A stretch of DNA of 64,000 bases. Source: Microcoleus sp. Aus8_D1. GTDB taxonomy: Bacteria; Cyanobacteriota; Cyanobacteriia; Cyanobacteriales; Microcoleaceae. Positions 60,670-64,000 of the stretch are shown piece after piece. A program made the position numbers and the translations under genes. The notes under the pieces were generated by a model. That model worked only from the letters and a program-made list of their open reading frames with translations, searched no databases and was not told where the DNA came from. Numbering within the stretch: the stretch's first letter is position 1; every line of letters starts with the position of its first letter. Where the stretch lies: the NCBI RefSeq assembly GCF_036702645.1, contig NZ_JAUBUO010000016.1, positions 28,186-92,185 of the forward strand. The letters are read 5' to 3'.

Positions 60670-61521
60670 TTACTGGTGTAGAGATTTTTGCTGGCTCCTC
60701 AAAGCGTCTAACTCTACGTGAGCCTGACAAGCTTTACTAGAGTCAATACAATCTAAGACATTACCAATTACCTTAGAAAGGTGCAAAGCCGAACTGTGAG
60801 CTTGCTGGATAAAAGCTCTCTCCTCTATTGGATCGTCCGCCATATCGTCTACAGTTAGTTGTAGATAGCCAATAATGTGATTTAGTGGAGTGCGCAGCTC
60901 GTGGGATGCGGTTGACAAAAACTCCTTTTTGAGCTGGGACAGTTCTTGTGCTCGCTGGCTGCGTTCTTGGTAGAGCGTGGCTAGGGCGATCGCACTTCCG
61001 ACTTGATCGGCAAGTTCTTCTACGAATTCGATCTGGCCTTGAGTCCAAGGTCGATCGGCATTACCATCATTCCCCGACAATCCGCCCTCGCACCGATGCA
61101 AGCTAATTATGCCATTAGGTTGGTTTTGATAAGCCGTAGCCACTACTAGCACCGAGTGCCGATCGAAAGGATCGTTGGCTCCTAACGATTCTACTACCAC
61201 CGGTTTGAGGGTGGCTAGAGCTTCCTTGATATGAGGTGCTGATGTCAGCGAGATTTCCACTCCCAACATGGGTAAAAATGGTTTTTGGCAGTATTCGGCA
61301 GCTACTTTAACTTGCTGGCTAAAACTTGGATAGGGACAAATGGTGCAGCGGCTGACACCTAATGTTTGTCCCAGAGAGTTAACTGTTTGCTGCCAAATGG
61401 TATCGAGATCCAAAGTTCGACGAATCTTTCTGCCAATTTGGAGCAAAAGTTTTTGCGATTGAGCTGATATTTGCTGATTCATAGCAACCCTTTTACTACT
61501 AGACTGGCAAAAGTCTAACAC
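60670..61521 (-). CDS. GAF plus HisKA protein lacking HATPase_c domain; truncated paralog of 62624..64000 (possible gene remnant)
   Basis: H-box STASHELRTPLNHIIGYLQL present; ORF ends ~90 aa after H-box; paralog continues with N/G boxes. Confidence 0.45.
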   Translation of the reverse strand: MLDFCQSSSKRVAMNQQISAQSQKLLLQIGRKIRRTLDLDTIWQQTVNSLGQTLGVSRCTICPYPSFSQQVKVAAEYCQKPFLPMLGVEISLTSAPHIKEALATLKPVVVESLGANDPFDRHSVLVVATAYQNQPNGIISLHRCEGGLSGNDGNADRPWTQGQIEFVEELADQVGSAIALATLYQERSQRAQELSQLKKEFLSTASHELRTPLNHIIGYLQLTVDDMADDPIEERAFIQQAHSSALHLSKVIGNVLDCIDSSKACQAHVELDALRSQQKSLHQ

Positions 61522-62319
61522 TCCACCAACACAGCAGAAATTTACTTAATTTGCCAGGTGCAAACTGTCCAAATAGGGGCTTGCGTAATTACACTTGAAT
61601 GTTGCCACACCCTGTAAAAAAATACTAGGTATTTTTAGTATCTTTACAATATATTTAGAATTCTCACATAAAATTGAATGCGTCAAGTATTTTTAATACA
61701 ACTTTACATTAGGGGCTGTGGAAGTTAAATCAGTCCTATGGGGGGTTTATTCGCAGGTGCGATCCCCAGGAGACAGATCGAGACGATCTGTTATCCTACC
61801 CTCCTCATACCATTGATGCGAATTTTGCGTGGGCTAGGAAGCGGTGGGCGCGATCGGTCTCAGACCAAAACACCGAAGAAGGGATATTGGGTGCGGATAA
61901 AGTAAAAATCGATACTGCGGTGGACGATCGAACTATGTTTGGAGGGAAATTATAAAATATGGATTACTTTTATTCACTAATTGGTACTCAGGGATACACT
62001 GCTCCCGACATTATTAAGCGAGTAATATACAGATTTGTCATGTCATAATTGGTCATTGGTAATTGGTCAGTGAATTGGTAAGACAACTGGCAATACACCA
62101 AAGTTGAGAACAGCTATAGCTGTTTTTTACCTCTTGCTTCTTGCTTATTCCCTCCTTTGGGTGCGGGGAAAAGTTTTGCTTCTTGCTGATTTGCTCTGAC
62201 TTGTTACCTCGAACTTCCGCTCTCAGCATCCATCCGTTAAATCCGTCAAATCCCTGAAACTGGTTCGTGCCGGCGAGCCAATACGCTTGGGATAAGCTGT
62301 ATTGCATTTAGTTTGGATA

Positions 62320-62470
62320 TTTGGGGCCGCCAGGATACCGACCCCACAAGAGTTTTTCTCAAATTAGCCTGTGTTTGGGGCGGGCAGGATGCCCACCCCA
62401 CAAGAGTTTTTCTCAAATTAGCCTGTGTTTGGGGCGGGCAAGATGCCCACCCCACAAAAGTTTTAATAAA
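62320..62470. repeat. Tandem ~60-bp repeat x2.5, each unit carrying hairpin GGGGCGGGCA-AGA-TGCCCACCCC
   Basis: Read directly; hairpin core GGGCAAGATGCCC shared with 37160..37230. Confidence 0.8.
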
Positions 62471-62623
62471 ATGAGGGTTCCTCTCTTCGGACAACCCAGA
62501 ACTGAACCATATTGCCCGATTACCAATGACCAATGACCACCCTTCGACTTCGCTCTGGGTAAAATGACCCATGACCCATGACCCATGACCCATGACCCAT
62601 GACCTATGACCTATGACCGATGA

Positions 62624-64000
62624 TTAATTTTTAAAGAGCGGTTCTTGATAAAGCGGCACAGTAAAAGTAACAGTAGATCCGAGTCCTTCCCCCATACTGT
62701 AAAAATTTACTGTACCCCCCATTGCTTCAATCAGTTTTTGAGAAATAGCCAATCCCAAACCGGTACCGCCGTATTGCCTGGTACGCTCGCCGTCTACCTG
62801 AAAAAATGACTCAAATAATTTATCTTGTTTGTCCAGAGAAACCCCAATGCCCGTATCAGCAACTCGGATTTTCACTATTCCGGGTAACTCCTGGTTGTTA
62901 ACAGTGACTTTTTTCTTAATAACTTCGGCACTGATGCGAATTCCTCCTTCCCCGGTAAATTTAATCGCATTTCCCGTGAGGTTCAAAATTACCTGAAGCA
63001 GGCGTTGGTAGTTGCCGTACAACATAATCTCGTCCTCGGCAGCGGGTGTTTTGATTTGAAATTGCAATCGCTTTTGCTGCACTTGAACTCGCGTAAAATT
63101 CTCAACTTGCTGCAAAAGTTCGCCGAGTTTGACGGGAGCGAAGTCTAACTCCATTTTGCCAGCTTCAATTTTAGCGATCTCCAAAATATCGTTAATCACA
63201 TTCAACAAGTGTAATGCCGATCGATAAGCTTCTTCGATAAATTGGTGCGCTTCTTCGGGGTCATCTGCCATGCCGTCCATAACCAGTTTCAGGAAGCCGA
63301 GGATGCCGTTGAGGGGCGTGCGGAGTTCGTGGGAAGTATTGGCAAGAAATTGACTTTTAAGTTGGGAAAGAGCGACGGCTTCGGCGCGGGCTTGTTCTAA
63401 TTCTTGGTACAGTGTAGCGTGGGCGATCGCGCTGCCGACTTGAGCAACTAACTCGCGGGCGAATTCGAGTTCGACAGGACTCCATTTCGGGGAATTGCCG
63501 CAGCGGTGCAAACTGATTAGTGCATTGGGTTGGTCTTCATAGGAGGTAGCTGCTACGAGTACGGAATGGCGATCGAAGCGATCGGCGATGGGGGAGGCGT
63601 AATCGATTGCTACGGGTTTTAAGGTGGCTAAAGTTTGAATCCACCCCGGCTGTTCGGCTGCGCGCAGTTCTAATCCCAGCATCGAAGAGTAAGCTTCTTG
63701 GCGGTACTCAGCTACTACTTTAAAAGTTTTCGATTGGAGACTTTCAATTTGAGCAGCAGAAAGCGGGGGCGATCGATCGCTGGCAATTGACTGTTGCAAT
63801 TCGGCTGCTGGGGCTGGAGAATTTGGTTGATTTTCCGAGGTAGTGAAGGGGGAGGATTCGAGGTTGTCGCTGTCTTTTTTGGAGGAACAGATGATGCAGC
63901 GGCTCGCGTTCAAAACTTCACCCAAACTGTTGACTGTTTGCTGCCAAATTGTCTCTAAGTCGAGGGTTCTGTGCAGGTTTTGAGCGATTTGGGAGATGAT
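62624..64000 (-). CDS. GAF-domain sensor histidine kinase, N-terminus beyond window end
   Basis: H-box NTSHELRTPLNGILGFL, N box LTGNAIKFT, G1 DTGIGV, G2 GGTGLGLAISQKLI; reading frame continues to 64000. Confidence 0.8.
   Translation of the reverse strand: MISQIAQNLHRTLDLETIWQQTVNSLGEVLNASRCIICSSKKDSDNLESSPFTTSENQPNSPAPAAELQQSIASDRSPPLSAAQIESLQSKTFKVVAEYRQEAYSSMLGLELRAAEQPGWIQTLATLKPVAIDYASPIADRFDRHSVLVAATSYEDQPNALISLHRCGNSPKWSPVELEFARELVAQVGSAIAHATLYQELEQARAEAVALSQLKSQFLANTSHELRTPLNGILGFLKLVMDGMADDPEEAHQFIEEAYRSALHLLNVINDILEIAKIEAGKMELDFAPVKLGELLQQVENFTRVQVQQKRLQFQIKTPAAEDEIMLYGNYQRLLQVILNLTGNAIKFTGEGGIRISAEVIKKKVTVNNQELPGIVKIRVADTGIGVSLDKQDKLFESFFQVDGERTRQYGGTGLGLAISQKLIEAMGGTVNFYSMGEGLGSTVTFTVPLYQEPLFKN

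Noticed and set aside
1-64000. tRNA, rRNA, tmRNA, RNase P RNA genes
   Set aside because: Scanned both strands for tRNA T-loop (GGTTCGAATCC-like) and acceptor patterns, rnpB (GGAAAGTCCGGGCTCC) and tmRNA tag-reading-frame signatures; none found. A covariance-model search would be needed to exclude divergent ncRNAs.

Overview
This 64 kb window is a chromosomal segment from a filamentous (Oscillatoriales/Nostocales-like) cyanobacterium. The calls supporting that are heptameric STRR arrays in almost every intergenic region, a High-light-inducible protein (HLIP) gene, Uma2/DUF820 genes, and an NrtABCD/CmpABCD ABC-transporter operon. Housekeeping genes include hemC, glgA, rnc, a GH57 glucan enzyme, a Nfu Fe-S scaffold, a P-type cation ATPase, a PAS histidine kinase plus response regulator, and a TVP38/disulfide-oxidoreductase pair. 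These are interleaved with accessory content.

The most notable accessory features are:
- A T4-like RNA-repair cassette: an Rnl1-family RNA ligase, a Pnkp polynucleotide kinase-phosphatase, and a small acidic ORF.
- A retron-type reverse transcriptase (NAxxH and VTG motifs) that sits directly downstream of RNase III and a NYN nuclease and is flanked by unusual hairpin structures.
- A full-length bacterial major vault protein (MVP) homolog.
- A MolR-like WGR protein paired with a SWIM zinc-finger protein, with a 36-bp tandem repeat between them.
- Three tandem paralogs that share a roughly 175-aa C-terminal domain, one of them carrying about 20 leucine-rich repeats.
- A solo IS200/IS605-family TnpB.
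- Two dispersed MITE-like repeat families, several tandem-repeat arrays that are not CRISPR, and several long palindromic intergenic elements.

No rRNA or tRNA genes and no CRISPR array were found. All calls rest on reading the translated ORFs and the DNA by eye; no database searches were run.
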